Positions 45,780 to 60,600 of a DNA stretch of 64,000 nt are shown here, piece after piece. The stretch spans positions 689,272 through 753,271 of the forward strand of contig ML992510.1 in the NCBI GenBank assembly GCA_010093995.1, in the 5' to 3' direction. Source of the stretch: Elsinoe ampelina (taxonomy: Eukaryota). The notes beneath the pieces were generated by a model that did no database searches, had not been told where the DNA came from, and saw only the letters and a program-made list of their open reading frames with translations. Numbering within the stretch: position 1 is the first letter of the stretch; each line of letters starts with the position of its first letter. The position numbers and the translations under genes are program-made.

Positions 45780-48229
45780 TGTTACGAACCGTCTAAACAT
45801 AGTCTACGCTAGTAGTCTAAGCTAAGCTAAGAACGAGGTAGTTCTACTTCTATAGTAGTATAGCACTAAGGTAAGAGTCGGAGAAGATATGTCTTATAGA
45901 TAATAAAGTACAATTAGATAGTATTATAAAGGGCAGCCTTAGTAATACTAGTATTTACTATCTAGATAAGGTTAACTACGGTACTTATATAAGGTAAGGA
46001 CTGTTCCTATATACGTATACTTTAACCCGCGTACTCTATGTACTCTATATGCTCTATAGCGAGAGTTATAATAAGTATAGAGCGCTTAGCTATTCCTAAC
46101 CTACGCGCTCTATAGCTTTAGGAGTAGAGCCGCTAGAGAAGATAGAGAACTAGGTAAATATCGGGCTAGGTTATATAATAACCTTAGTAGTTTAATTAGT
46201 TCTAACGTCTCTACGTTCTAGCTATTCTACTAGTTTATAACATTACTCTCCTTCTTTAGTCGAGTTGTTCTAACGAGTAAGTATTCTTCCTTGTTTCTAT
46301 ATACTATATACTAACTATGCCTTCTAGTCGACAAAGGCGCGGTAAATCTAGTATATCTATATAAAAGAATCTCTTAGAGTTTATTAAACTATTCGGAACT
46401 AATATACTATAGGCTTATTCTTGTTACAAATCGAAGAGGCTAGACTATAAGGTCTATATTCGGTCGGGTATCTATAGCTAGTATATCGTAAGTAACTACT
46501 TAAGTTATAATATTTAGGTAATAAAATTGAAATAGTAGCGCTTATAGTCTAAGTATATCCGTTTACGAAAGGAGTTAATTATAGTAGAGGCTACTAGAAA
46601 AGAGGCTAAAGAGGCTTATAAAAAGGTAAAAGAGGCTTATTAGAGAGCTATAGGTAATAAGCTTTAGCTCCGTAAAGGGATATAAAAGTTAGAGGATAAG
46701 GCGGAGAAAGTAATCTCTCTAGAGAAGACTTATATTTAAGTCTTAGAGTAGGAGAAAGTACTATTGTTAGTAGATCCTGTCCTACTATAGAACTAGTAAT
46801 TATTTATACCTAACTCCGATTAGAGTTCTTTATTTAGTAACGATTAAGGTGCTTCTATTATTTAAGCGATCTTCCTTAGGTATTCTCGTTTTTGTTTAGT
46901 ATTAGAAGTACTAGGTCTATCTAGTTAGTTTACTTAGGATAGGTTCTTAATCTAGTAATCTAGAATTACCTACGAGGTAAGGTACTTCTCTAGTTCCTAT
47001 ATTACTTCGCTATACTAATGTCTCTTCTAGTAAATAAGATAGTAGCGTTTTCCTTTTATAAGTTTATAATGTAAAACTCTTTCTATCTTATACTATAGCT
47101 CCTATGTTTCTTTATCTAGTTCGATAGGTCTAGGTATAGTATTCTATAGTACTCTCTCTAGTAGTAATATATAAAAGACTAGATAGATCCTTATATGTCT
47201 TAGTAGTTCTAGTTTATATACGTTCTTATTTTTCTTTTCTAGGATTTTAAAAGGTCCTAGCTTAGTATAGTCTAGTTTCTTACTTAGTCTTTTAGTTTTA
47301 ATATTCTTACTAAGGAGATAAACTTTCTCTCTCTCCCTTAGAATTAGTCCTATAATTCTTTTATAGTTAGTAAACTCTACTATTCTTTATAATATAAACG
47401 CTATATTATAGTATAGCTAGTTATATAGTTTCTTAATGTTAGCTACTAGTATATTAGTATCCTTAGATATTAGCTTAATTCTAAGTATATTATAGTATAG
47501 ATCTAGGTATATTCTATAGTTTACGTAGAATAGTGAAATTCTATTTACTAACTTTCTATTATTAATAGCAAGCTTTACGAGCGGTAATAGTGTTACCTAT
47601 AAGTCTTACTTATAGTTTAGGTAGTATCGTAGGTACTACTCTAGTACTTAATTTACTTACTTAGTTTGTCCGTCCGTTTATAGATAAAAGGAGGTTAATA
47701 GCTTATGTTTAACTCCTAATAGATCTACGAATAACTACTAGAACTATAATATAAATAGTTTGTCTCTATTAGTAATTAAATCTCGTAGTACTCTATGTTA
47801 TAAAACGATTATCTAGAGGAAGGCGAAGGCTATATCCTTAGTAGTTACTATTATCTTATATAGTATAAAGTAGTAATACTTCGTAAACCTATCTACTAGG
47901 ACTAGAATACTATTATACTTTATACCTATAAGAGGTTCTTCTAATAGTAGTAGAGGTCCTATAAAGTCTATTATAACTAATTACTATCGTTTGTCTAGTA
48001 GTAGTAAGGGTTATAGTAGGCTATATAGTTTATATCGAGAGTATTTAGACTTATAGTATATATCGTATATAGCGATATACGTCTTAATATTATTTCTAAG
48101 TCCTTTCTAGAGGTAGTTTTATATAATAAGTTTAATAGTATTATCGATCCTGCTATGTCCCGCCGTTAGGTTATTATAGTGTATTTAAATAACTTCTTTC
48201 TTCTATTCTTATATAAGCTCCTAGGTAAG
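45780..48229 (-). mobile_element. 3' part of Ty3/Gypsy chromovirus (family A, copy 1)
   Basis: 463-bp LTR 45780-46242, reverse PPT ttactctccttcttt, chromodomain relic (~46960-47080), integrase. Colinear with 48841-51290 and cut off at 48229. Confidence 0.9.
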
Positions 48230-48626
48230 TATAATAGGAACTATAAACTTACAACTAGCGGATAGATGTTAGAGATACGTTGCTCTAGCTACAATTCTAT
48301 ACAGTATATATAGTAGTAGTTCCTAACCTTCTATAGAGAGATTAGAAATTTGTCGTTGTATTTATATAGTGTATACTTCTCCTCTATCGCTTCTCTATCT
48401 TAGAGATATCGTATCTACTCTATCTAGATACTCTATTACAATTTAAATTCCTTCTAAAACTATAGTTAAGATAGCCTAGGTCGATAGTCTTAACGTAGTT
48501 AGCTTAATAAAGAACCGACGGATTATTCGCTATAGACGCTATATCTACTAGCTCGGTAGAAGCTACCTAATTAGAACTTATCCTCTCTAATATATCTAAG
48601 AAGGAGCTACGTACTACCTAAGAAGA

Positions 48627-51600
48627 TATTAAAGCCTTATATTAAAGCTATATATGTCGTAATATAGAGAACATCTATCTAACTAAATAGTCTATTAGTA
48701 GTAGAACTAATTACTATTAAGTTTAAGGCATAAGCGCTATATAAGATAAGTAGGTACGTTACGTAAGCGGGACTAGCCGCTACTAAGTACTACTCTAATA
48801 CTAGGCCCTTGTAATTGCCTCCTCCTTTAGGAGAGCTATCTATTACAAACTGTCTAAACATAGCCTACGCTAGTAGTCTAAGCTAAGCTAGGAACGAGGT
48901 AGTTCTACTTCTATAGTAGTATAGCACTAAGGTAAGAGTCGGAGAAGGTATGTCTTATAGATAATAAAGTATAATTAGATAGTATTACAAAGGCTAGCCT
49001 TAGTAATACTAGTATTTGCTATCTAGATAAGGTTAACTATAGTACTTACATAAGGTAAGGACTGTTCCTATATATATGTATTCTCTATTACGTTCTCTAT
49101 ATACTCTATATACTCCGTAGCGAGAGTCGGGGGCAATATAGAGTATACGTTTGCTAGTAACCTACGTGCTCTATAGTTTTAGGAGTAAAGCTACTAGAGA
49201 AGATAGAGAACTAGGTAAATGTCGGGCTAGGTTACGTAATAATCTTAGTAGCTTAATTAGTCCTAACGTCTCTATATTCTAGCTATTCTACTAGTTTGTA
49301 ATATTACCTTTCTTCTTTAATCGAGTTATTCTAACGAGTAAGTATTCTTTCTTATTCTTACACGCTATATACTAAATATGCCTCCTAGTTATCGAAGGCA
49401 TAGCAAATTTAGTATATCTATATAAAAGAATCTCTTAGAGTTTATCGAACTATTCGGAACTAATATACTATAGGCTTATTCTTATTACAAATCGAAGAGG
49501 CTAGACTATAAGGTCTATGTTCGGTTAGGTATCTATAGCTAGTATATTATAAGTAACTACTCGAGTTATAATATTTAAGTAACAAAATCAAAATAGTAGT
49601 GTCTTTAGTCTAAGTATATTTATTTACGAAAGGAATTAGTTATAGCTAAGGCTACTAGAAGGGAAGCTAAAGAAGCTTATAAAAAGGCAAAAGAGGCTTA
49701 TTAAAGAGCTATAGGTAATAAGCTTCGCCTATACGAAGAGATATAAAAGTTAGAGAATAAGGTAGAGGAAGTAATCTCTCTAGAAGAGACTCGTATTTAA
49801 GTCTTAGAGTAGGAGGAAATACTATTATTAGTAGATCCTGTCCTACTATAGAACTAGTAGTTATTTATGCCTGACTCTAATTAGAGTTCCTTACTTAGCA
49901 ACGATTAAGGTGCTTCTATTAGTTAAGTAATCTTCCTTAGGCATTCTCGTTTTTGTTTAGTATTTAGAGTACTAGGTCTGTCTAGTTAGTTTACTTAGGA
50001 TAGGTTCTTGATCTAGTAATCTAGAATTACTTATAAGGTAAGGTACTCCTCTAGTTCCTATATTACTTCGCTATACTAATGTCTCTTCTAGTAAATAAGA
50101 TAGTAGCGTTTTTCTTTTATAAGTTTATAACGTAAAACCCTTTCTATCTTATACTATAGCTCCTATGTTTCTTTCTCTAGTTTAATAGGTCTAGGTATAG
50201 TATTCTATAGTACTTTCTCTAGTAGTAATATATAAAAGACTAGATAGATCCTTATATGTCTTAGTAGTTCTAGTTTATATACGTTCTTATTTTTCTTTTC
50301 TAGGATCTTAAAGGGTCCTAGTTTAGTGTAGTTAAGTTTCTTACTTAGTTATTTCGTTTTAATGTTTTTACTAAGAAGGTAAACTTTCTCTCCCTCCTAT
50401 AGAATTAGTCCTATAATTCTCTTCCGGTTAGTAAACTCTACTATTCTTTATAATATAAATACTATATTATAGTATAGCTAGTCGTGTAGTTTCTTAATGT
50501 TAGCTACTAGTATATTAGCATCCTTAGATACTAGCTTAATTCTAAGTATGTCGTAGTATAGATCTAGGTATATTCTATAGTTTATATAGAATAGTAAAAT
50601 TCTATTTGCTAACTTTCTATTATTAATAGCAAGCTCTACGAGCAGTAATAGCGTCACCTATAAGTCTTACTTATAGTTTAGGTAGCATTATAGGTACTAC
50701 TCTAGTACTTAATTTACCTATTTAGTTTATCCGTCTATTTATAGGTAAAAGAAGGTTAATAGCTTATATTTAACTCCTAGTAGGTCTATAAATGATTACT
50801 AGAATTATAACGTAAATAGCTTATCTCTATTAGTTATTAGGTCTTATAGTACTCCGTGTTATAAAATAATTATTTAGAGGAAGGTAAAGGCTATATCCTC
50901 GGTAGTTACTATTGTCTTATATAGGACAAAGTAGTAATACTTCGTAAACCTATCTACTAGGACTAGAATACTATTATACTTTACACCTATAAGAGGTTCT
51001 TCTAATAGTAGTAGAGGTCCTATAAAGTCTATCGTAACTAATTACTATAGTTTGTCTAGTAGTAGCAAGGGTTATAGTAGGCTATATAGTCTATGTCAAG
51101 AGTGCTTAGACTTGTAGCATGTATTGTAGGTAGCAATATACGTCTTAACATCGTTTCGGAGTTCTTTCTAGAGGTAGTTTCGTATAATAAGTTTAATAGT
51201 CTTATTAATTCTACTATGTCCCGCTATTAAGTTATTATAGTATATTTAAATAACTTCTTTCTTCTGTTCTTACGTAAGCTTCTAGGTAAAGCTATATAAC
51301 TACTCTACCTTCGGGTACTTATAGACTAGAGCGCTGTCTTGCTACTTTAGTATAGAGGCCTCTATTATTGTTATGTTTTTTAAGTAATCTAGCTAGCGGC
51401 TAAGAGCGTCTACTTCGCCGTTCTTTAATCCCTTAACATAGTAGATCTAGAAGTTATAGCTTATAAGTGTTTCTAACTATCGAACCTATTGTCTATTAAG
51501 AACCTTAGTTATTGTCTAATATAGAAGGTTCTTATAGTTAGTATAGACTTATATAGGTAAGATTATTCTTTCTAGGTATACTCTCTATCTGCGGAACGCT

Positions 51601-54600
51601 TCTATAATTGCAAGTAATTCCTTGTTATATATATCATAGTTAAGTTTAGGTCTAGTTATTTTTTATAAGTAGTATATAATTAAGTAGCGTTGTCCTTCTA
51701 CGCCCTTCTACGCTAGATACGCTTCTATCGTAAAGTCCGAGGCATTTATTTCTAGTAGTACTTATTAGTCTAGGTCGAAGAGTACTAGAATAGGTACTAT
51801 TATAAGTCTAAGCTTTAGCTTCTTAAAGGCCTACTTATACCTCTTGTTAAAGATAAAGCTAGTTTCCTTTTTCGTAAGGTTAGATATTAGTGTAGCTACC
51901 TTAGAGAATCCTTTAATAAACTTATAGTAGTAGTTAAAGAACTCTAGTAGCGCTTAAACCTCCTTAACCGTTATAGGTTCTAGCTAGTTATTTACTAACT
52001 TAATCTTCTTTAGATTAGGTCTAATACTATTAGTAGATATAACATAGTTTAGAAATTATATCTTATATTTATAGAACTTATACTTAAAGAGTTTTACTAG
52101 TAGGTCTTTTTCTTTTAGTTTTTATAGTACTTTATAAATATGTCCTACATGTTTATTATACGTCTTTAAGAAGATAATAATATTATCTAAATATACTAAG
52201 ACAAAATTGTTAAGGTATTCTTATAAAGTATTATTAATTAACTCTTAGAAGGTTATAGGAGTATTAGTTAACCTAAAGGGCATAACAAGGTACTTATATA
52301 GACTCTATTACGTCCTAAAAGCTGTCTTCTACTTCTTACTCTCCTTTATTTGTACTTAATAATAGGCGTCCCTAATATTAATTACGGTAAACTATTTAGC
52401 TCTAAGTAGTTAGTCTTAAAGTTTGTTAATCCTTAGTAGAGGATAGTAATTCTTCCTAGTAAGTATATTAAGTTTCCGGTAATTAATGTATATTTATAAT
52501 ATTCTATTCTTTTTTAGTGTAAAAAGCACTCTATATATAATAGGTAATTTTAATAGTCGTATAAATCCTTTAAGTAAGTACTTATCGATGTAGTTCTTAA
52601 GGACATTCTTCTCTTATTTCAATAGTAGTATAAGACCTTAATAGTGTATTAGGGATTTATCTTCTTTAAAAGGTATTTTATAATTCTATAGTTTATATTA
52701 GGGTAAGGCTATAATGCCTTTTCTTTCTTTAAATAAGTCCTCAAAGTCTTTATATTTCGGCGGAAGTGCTTAATTACTTACGCTAGTAATAGCTCTAACT
52801 ATTAGTTATACCTATACTATTCTTATAGTTAGTATCTGCGGAGCTAATTATGCTCCCTACGTCCTATAATTACACTTAGGGAATTTAAGTGTTTCTTTAA
52901 TCTAGTCTACGTCTAGATTATGTTATTAAAGCTAGTCTATGCTAAGTACTATTTTGTACTATATATTAACTATATTAATTAATCGTTTTTCTATGTATGT
53001 TTCGATTTAGATTATAACGTTTCGTAGTTCCTAAGTAACTTTCCTATTCTTCTCTATAGGAGTTCTATTCGCTATAGTAAGTAGGTAAGGTAACTCCTTC
53101 TAGTATTAATAAGGTTTAAGCTAATTAGTAACTGTTATAGAGACGTAGCTACGGTTAGCTCCTAAATCTATTATTACTCTTACCTTACTCTCTTATATTT
53201 TAACTTCTAGTATAAAGTAGTTTAACGTATAGATCTTTATTATATTAAGGCTTTAGCTAGTATTATTGTCTTGCCTTATTAGGCGACAACTAGCTAGTTT
53301 TTTGTTATTATAGCTCCTTAGATAAGTAGCTAATCCCTTCCTATACGTATCTACTATTAGTACTATATCTATTAGGCAAGTCGTGTTTTATCGCTATTTA
53401 ATATAGTAAGGTAAACTTCTAGCGCCTAAGTCCCTTAGTAACTATAAAGTCCAATAATTCCCTACTAGTTATACTAAGTAGTGTTATACACCTATATAGG
53501 TATAACTATTTCTTCTAGGTATAGCTAGGCGTTAGTATTAAAGACAAAAACAAGTTATATAGATTTATCTTATTACGTCCTATTCTAGTAGTAGGTGTAT
53601 ATTATTATATAATTCCTCTATATCTCTATAAGGTATGCTTTAAGTTGTTTGCCTAATAGTAGTACGTCGTTGTTATTATTGTTAGATAAGTCCTTATCTA
53701 TATTATTATATCGTAGTTGTTCGGTGTATCCTTTATTATATTTCTCTTTGTTGCTACTGCCTCTAGTATAGTTATAGTTAGTAAGGCTATACCGAGTATA
53801 TTCTTTTACTTAGCTATAGGGAATAGTACTATCTATCTCGATTACTAAGAAGTCTGTAGTGTATTTAAGACTAATAGTATCTTCTCTAAGCACATCGTAT
53901 AAGTAGATAGTATAGTACTATTTATAATCTAGATTTGTATATTTCTAGAGCGATATATAATACGCCTTTCCTTATAGTTCGCTATAAGGGCTAAAGGTAA
54001 GGCTACTATATTATTACATAGCACTTACGTTCTAATACTTTGTCTTGATAATTGTATATTAGTAATTGTCGCTAACTACCTTCTAAGGTTAGTTAATGTT
54101 ACTACTAATTATAGGGAGCCTTTCTAGGTTAAGCCCCTAGTCTAGCTATTTTATTAGTTACCTACGCTTAGATAGCTTATATAGGAACTAACTAGATCCC
54201 TACTTGTCTAATAAGTAAATATAATAAGAGTTATTATAATATACTATCTATAATAGCGTCGCGTATTAGCTTTATTGTTTGCTATTAGTTATAGAGATAT
54301 TAAGCGTAATATCCGGAGAGAATTCTATTACCTCTTAAGTTATTATAGACCTCTTCTATGTTTCCTTACCTACGCTAAAGGTCGTTAGGTCTTCTATAGT
54401 AGTGTTAGCCTTTTTTTCTACTAGCCTAGCAACTATTATATGTAATTTATCGGCTAGCGCCCCTTGTCGGCAGTCCCTAGCCTAATACCTAGGTCTTTTA
54501 TACTTAAAATATAAGTTATCTCGTCTATACTTCTCTCTCTCTTTTCTACTAAGGAACTTTCCTCTACAACTATAGCCTTATACCTATAAGAGGTAGCCTT

Positions 54601-57600
54601 CGTATATAGCATTAAGTTCTATAGAGTCTCTATAGTTTCGAGAGGAACGTATATATCTAGTGTTTGCCTTATATCCCCTACGATGTTCTATATGTTGTTT
54701 ATAAAGTCTGTTATCAATAGCAATTATAGTGTCTACTAGTTCCTAAAGGCTATTAGGCAGCTCGGGTATTATTTAGTCTTTAACTAAGTCGCTTAGTCCT
54801 TAATAGAATACTAAGTGTTTAGCACTATCGTCCTAGTCTAGGTATATTACGAGTTATTAGAACTAGGAATAGTACTAGGCTATAGACCTACGTTGTTATA
54901 ATTGTTAGATCTTCGTTATAGCGACGCGTTCCTTGTTAGATACGTTAAAGACTTACTTAATCTTTGCCTAGAAGATACTAAAGCTCTTAAAGATAGCCTT
55001 TGTATCTAGGCCTAGTTATTTATCTAGGTAGCTACTTATATAAGGCTCGAACTACCCGAAGGTAGCGCCCTTAAGGTGTATCTCGGCATAGAGGACCTTT
55101 ATTACGTCGTTACTATACTTATCTTCCTCTAGGGCAAAGAAAGCTTTAAGTTAAACAAGGAAGCGCCTTAAGTAGGCGCGGTCCCTATAGAAGAGTTCTA
55201 CCTCTAACTTAGGCCTACTCCGTCCTTCTATACTAAAAGACCTTCTATGTTTGCCCGAGGTTAAACTAGTAGTAGACATGTCGTTAATAGTAAGCTTTCC
55301 TAGCTTGCTAGCGATCAAAGATACTAATAGTAACTTAGAGCAAGAGTTACTTATTAACCTCGTAGCGTACTATACTATAGTAAGGGTAGTTAAAATGTTA
55401 CGAACCGTCTAAATATAGCCTACGCTAGTAGTCTAAGCTAAGCTAGGAACAAGGTAGTTCTACTTCTATAGTAGTATAGCACTAAGGTAAGAGTCAAAGA
55501 AGGTATATCTTATAGATAATAAAGTACAATTAGATAGTATTATAAAGGCTAGCCTTAGTAATACTAGTGTTCGCTATCTAGACAAGGTTAACTATAGTAC
55601 TTATATAAGGTAAGGACTATTCCTATATATATATGTTCTCTATTGTGTTCTCTATGTGCTCTATATACTTTATAGCGAGAGTTAGAGGCAATATAGAGTA
55701 TACGTCCGCTAGTAACCTACGTGCTCTATAGTTTTAGAGGTAGAGCTACTAGAGAAGATAGAGAACTAGGTAAACATCGGGCTAAGTTACGTAATAATCT
55801 CGGTAGCTTAATTAGTCCTAACGTCTCTATATTCTAGCTATCCTACTAGTTCGTAACACTATCCTTAGCTCTTAACTAGAAGTGTATAATATATAGCGCC
55901 TTCTAGAGGTAATATAGGCTTAAGGTAGTTAAGGTATTTATACGAAAGTCTTATATATATCTCGTATACTACTTAGTAGTAGTAATCCTAGGGATCTAGT
56001 TTCTATAGGGGCGTTTATCTAGTCGCTATAGTGCTAAAGCTAATCGGTAGCGACAATATTACTTTTCTTAGAATTTCTAGTAGTATTATAGGAGACGCGC
56101 GCCTTATACTAGTAGCTATAATAAAGATATAGTATACTAGAGGTTAGTCTATATAATCTTATTGTTCTTCCTTATATTCTTCTTTTCTACCTAAAACATA
56201 TCTATATTTTGTTAACCTTTTACTATATAAGTATACTACCTATAACTATTATATTATTTAACTCTAGGCCCCCCGTAGCTAACATTTATAGCGTAAGGTC
56301 TACTAGCGCCTAGGGAGCTATTACTGCTAGCGCTAACTCTATAACTCTCTTACTTCCTAAAGAGAAGGCTAATACCTATACTAGGTACGCTAATAGCGTT
56401 ACCGAGGGTAAGCTAATAGAGCTCTTATAAGAGACATAACTAATTCGTAGTAGGTCGTATCTATACTAGAGGTAACTTTAGTGTCTTCTTCTATTATAAG
56501 TATAAATACTACGCCTATAGTAAGCACGTATATAAGCCGCTTCTATCTATTCTATATAATATATATATTAACGCCTTTAATATAGTTACTAAGCTTAAGG
56601 CTCTCGACTAGGCTAGTATTACTATAGCTAAGAAGTATATATATGCTATAGCCTATAAGAATATTCCCGAGGTTAAGAAGTTTAAGACTATACTTAAGGT
56701 ATACTATACTAATAAGAATAAGGTTGTCGGCGAGGTCTTAACTCCTTATATAAGGCCTATAGGAGGCTTACCTAGTAGTGTTACGCTCGAGTGTAAGAAG
56801 GTTAAGAAGCTATAGAAGATTAGGCATAGCCTCTATAGCTTAATTACTATTAGTAAGGAGGTAAGTTAGACTATACTCTATATACGTTATAAATATAGCT
56901 AATAGGTTTAGATAGTATATAACTCCGGTAGTTCTACTACCGAAATTAACTATATTATAGCTAGTAGGTAGCTTATAGCCCCGGTAGCACCCGTAGAGAA
57001 GAATCTTAGTATAGAGGTAGACAAGGAGGATAGTAAGGACAAGTAGGCGTATATAAGCTAGGTGTACATTCTTAGCGCTATATCTATAATAAGGCCTTAC
57101 GTAGAGCATAATAGAGTATAGAGTTTAGGTTAATACCTATAATAGTAGCGTAAGTGTAGCGCTTTATTAAAATATATTTCCCTAGGTAAGGAGTCTACTC
57201 TTTACTCTATTTATATGTTTATATAATCTGTCTACTTATATGCTTTATAATCCGCGCCTTTAGTAACCTTTCTTAGCTACTCTTAGCTACAACTCGTATA
57301 TAGTAATTAGCTCTCTTATATTTACGTAATTCTCTTTAGGTTCCTAGCTATTAAACTTAATAGGCTAGTCCTTCTACTTTACTAAGTAGAATACCTTACT
57401 CTTTATAGTTCTCTTACCTAGGATCTTCTCTACTATCTACTTATCTACTTTGTTAGCGAGAGATATACTCTCTTCTAGCTTCTCGCTAGCTCTACCTATC
57501 TATAGTTTAAGAAGAGATATATAAAAGACATTATAGATGCAATAATAACTTAGTAAAGCTAGGCGATACGCCTACGATCTAATTATATTAAGTATACGAA

Positions 57601-60600
57601 ATAGGCTAAGGAATTATAGTTCTATCTTCTTCTTTAGTATAGGTAGCTATAAGTTCTTAGCTAAGAGTAGTACTAAGTTACCTACGCTATATACCCTTAG
57701 CGTATACTTCCTATTATAGTACTTAGCCTAGTAGGTAGAAGCCTCTTTCTATTGCTCTACTAGCTTCGTATATATGTCTTGTAAGTGTTATACTAACTCC
57801 GCTACTACTAGTACTCTTCTCTCTAAAGTTTTATCCCGAGACTTAATAGCTATTACCTCTAACTCTAGGTAGTAGCTATATATTATTTAGAAGAGGCTTA
57901 TACGTAGCGTAGTATAAATGCTATTATTACTTACAAATTCTACTTATAATAGATATTTAGCCTAGTCGTTCTATAGCTCTATATAGTAGCACCTTAGGTA
58001 CTATTCTAATATCTAGTTTTACTACTTAGTTTAACTATCTATCTACGGGTAAAAGGCTATACTAAGCCTACGCTTTATATGCGTTTTATAACAGAATTTA
58101 CTCTAGAACTAGCTAGTAAAGACCGATCCTTAATTACTTACTATTCCTCTTAGAACACTATAATAGTAAATAACATAGTTACGTAGGATCTCTACTAGCT
58201 CTATAGATATACACTTCTTAGTAGTAGAGATATATAGTAACATCTTAGTGTAATAGTCTATAATTACTAGTACTATATTATAGACGCTACTACCTTACTT
58301 ACTTAGTAGTAGATTAGTAATAAAATCTATTATAATTTCTTACTATAGGCGGTCTAGTATTAGTAGCGTACGTAGCTTACTATAGGCGTAATAGTAGCGC
58401 GCCTTATACTTCTAGTAAACTTAGTATAACTATACGTAGTTATTAATGTCTTTTCTTATAGTTGCCTAGAAGTACTTTTATAAGAGAAGTTTAAGCGTCT
58501 TATCCTTACTAAAGTAACTAGCCTATTCGCTATTATAGTATATATATAGTACCTACGCCTTAAGTGCGCTATTATTTAGAATAACTAGTAACTCTTTATA
58601 GAAGAGAAGATTATCTTATATATTCTATAGCGCTCTACTCTTGTCTCTACTACTCCCCGCTTACGAATATAGCTTTATAAACTTAGGGTCTTATCCTTAT
58701 AGTAGCTCTACTACTAATATTAGGTTAGTAGATAGATCTTTAAAGAGATTCTCTCTCGTAGTTACTATAACTATAACTCGCTAGGTCGTTATAAGCCCCT
58801 AGGAGTTCTTAGAAGAGAAGTCGCTACTATATAGCGTATAGGCAGCCTAGGCCTATTCTAGGGCAGCCTCGTATATAGTGTAGATATGTCTAATAAGCGA
58901 GGTAGCTTCCTTAACATCGGTAGTTTAGTCCTATATACGAAGCTTATTCTAAAGGGTAGAAAGGAGATATAATACCTCTTACTCTTCTACTACGTAGTTA
59001 GAGTGCCTCGAGGGTATATTAGCTAGGTTCCTTATACCTAGCTAATACTCTATTATAAAGTTAAAAGTAGTAAGGAAGGTAGCCTAGTAAGCTTATTAGC
59101 TATTTAGCTATTTTAGCTTTATAAATCCTCGGAGATTATTATAGTTAGTAAGTACTTAAATTATATATATAGCACCTTCGAGGTAGTATTACTATTGCTT
59201 AAATACATATATAATTACTAATAACTCTTAGTTGTATGTCTCGTAGTTATACTCTACTAGGATAAACTTCCTTAACTAAAAGGCTATAGGGTACTAAGTA
59301 CTATTAAATAGTTAGGACAGAATTGCTACTACTATAAACTTTAATATATCGCTTTTAATATATAAGGGTAGCGTAGGATCGTAGTAGCGGAGGATAGAGG
59401 CACGTATAAATATGTCTCTAATGTCCTTAAATGTCTACTATTTACTTATGCCCTATACGAAAGAGCTATACTTATAACTTTTAACTAAGCCTTTAAGGAG
59501 GCTAAAGAGGAGAGTAATAATCTTAGAGTAATACTATATAAAGTAGCAGTAGAAATTTATAAAGCTAGTAAACTACTAGACTTTATAATAACTCTTCGGC
59601 CTTAGTTAATCCTTAATTGTAGTTACTCTACTTAGATCTATTAAGACGCCTATAGTAGAGATAATATAGCTAAGGAATTCTATCTCCTTAGTAAAGAATT
59701 TATATTTCTTAAGGCTAGTATATAAAGTAAACTTCTATAGCCTCGCTAGGATCTTATATATATAATATATATAGTTCTCTCTTAAGTTACTATAGATAAG
59801 AATATTATTAAGGTAGACGATATAGATAGTATTAACTAGTCTACCTAGCGCTTTATTAATACACGCTTAGAAGGTAGCTAGGGCGTTAGTTAATCTAAAA
59901 GGTATAACTAAATACTTAAAATAGCTATAGTACGTATAGAATGTAGTTTTCTACTTATCGCTACGCTTAATAGAGATCCTATAGTAGGTATTTTTTAGAT
60001 CTAACTTCGAGAACTACTAGGCTTACTTAAGCTAATTAAGTATCTCGCTAATAAGTAGAAGTAGGTAGTAATTCTTAATAGTTACCTCGTTTAAGCCTTA
60101 ATAATCTATATATAAGCCTAGACTACTATCTTTCTTAGGCACGAATAGGATAGAAATACTTACCTCGCTTATAGAGTGCCTAATTTACCTATTTAATTAA
60201 GTAGTCTCGAGATAGTCCTTAAGCACCTTAAGCTCCTTAACTAAGAGATTATATAAGGGCTAGAATAAAGGCCTCTTACCTAGCTCTAGCTTAATTACAT
60301 ACTCTACGCCTAGTAGGCGTAGTAGATTTATAATATCCTTATAGATAAAGACGTTAAAGAACTCTACGAACTTTAATAGTAGAGCTAGGTCGCCTATAGC
60401 GTAAGTGTAGTCCTTAGATAGAGTCTATACTATAGCGTATATTCTCGGCTTATTCTTAAGGTCCTTTATAAAGTCTTCTAGTTCGCATAAGTAAACTATA
60501 TATAAGAAGTAGCTATATAACTAGTTATCTATAGCGCTATCTATAATTATATACTATCTTCTCCGCTATAGGCGCTCTAAAATAACTAGAGGGCCTAGTC

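Noticed and set aside
39864..57109. Short ORFs in the AT-rich block (39864-40067, 41294-41497, 56840-57109)
   Set aside because: Chance frames inside RIP-degraded retroelements.
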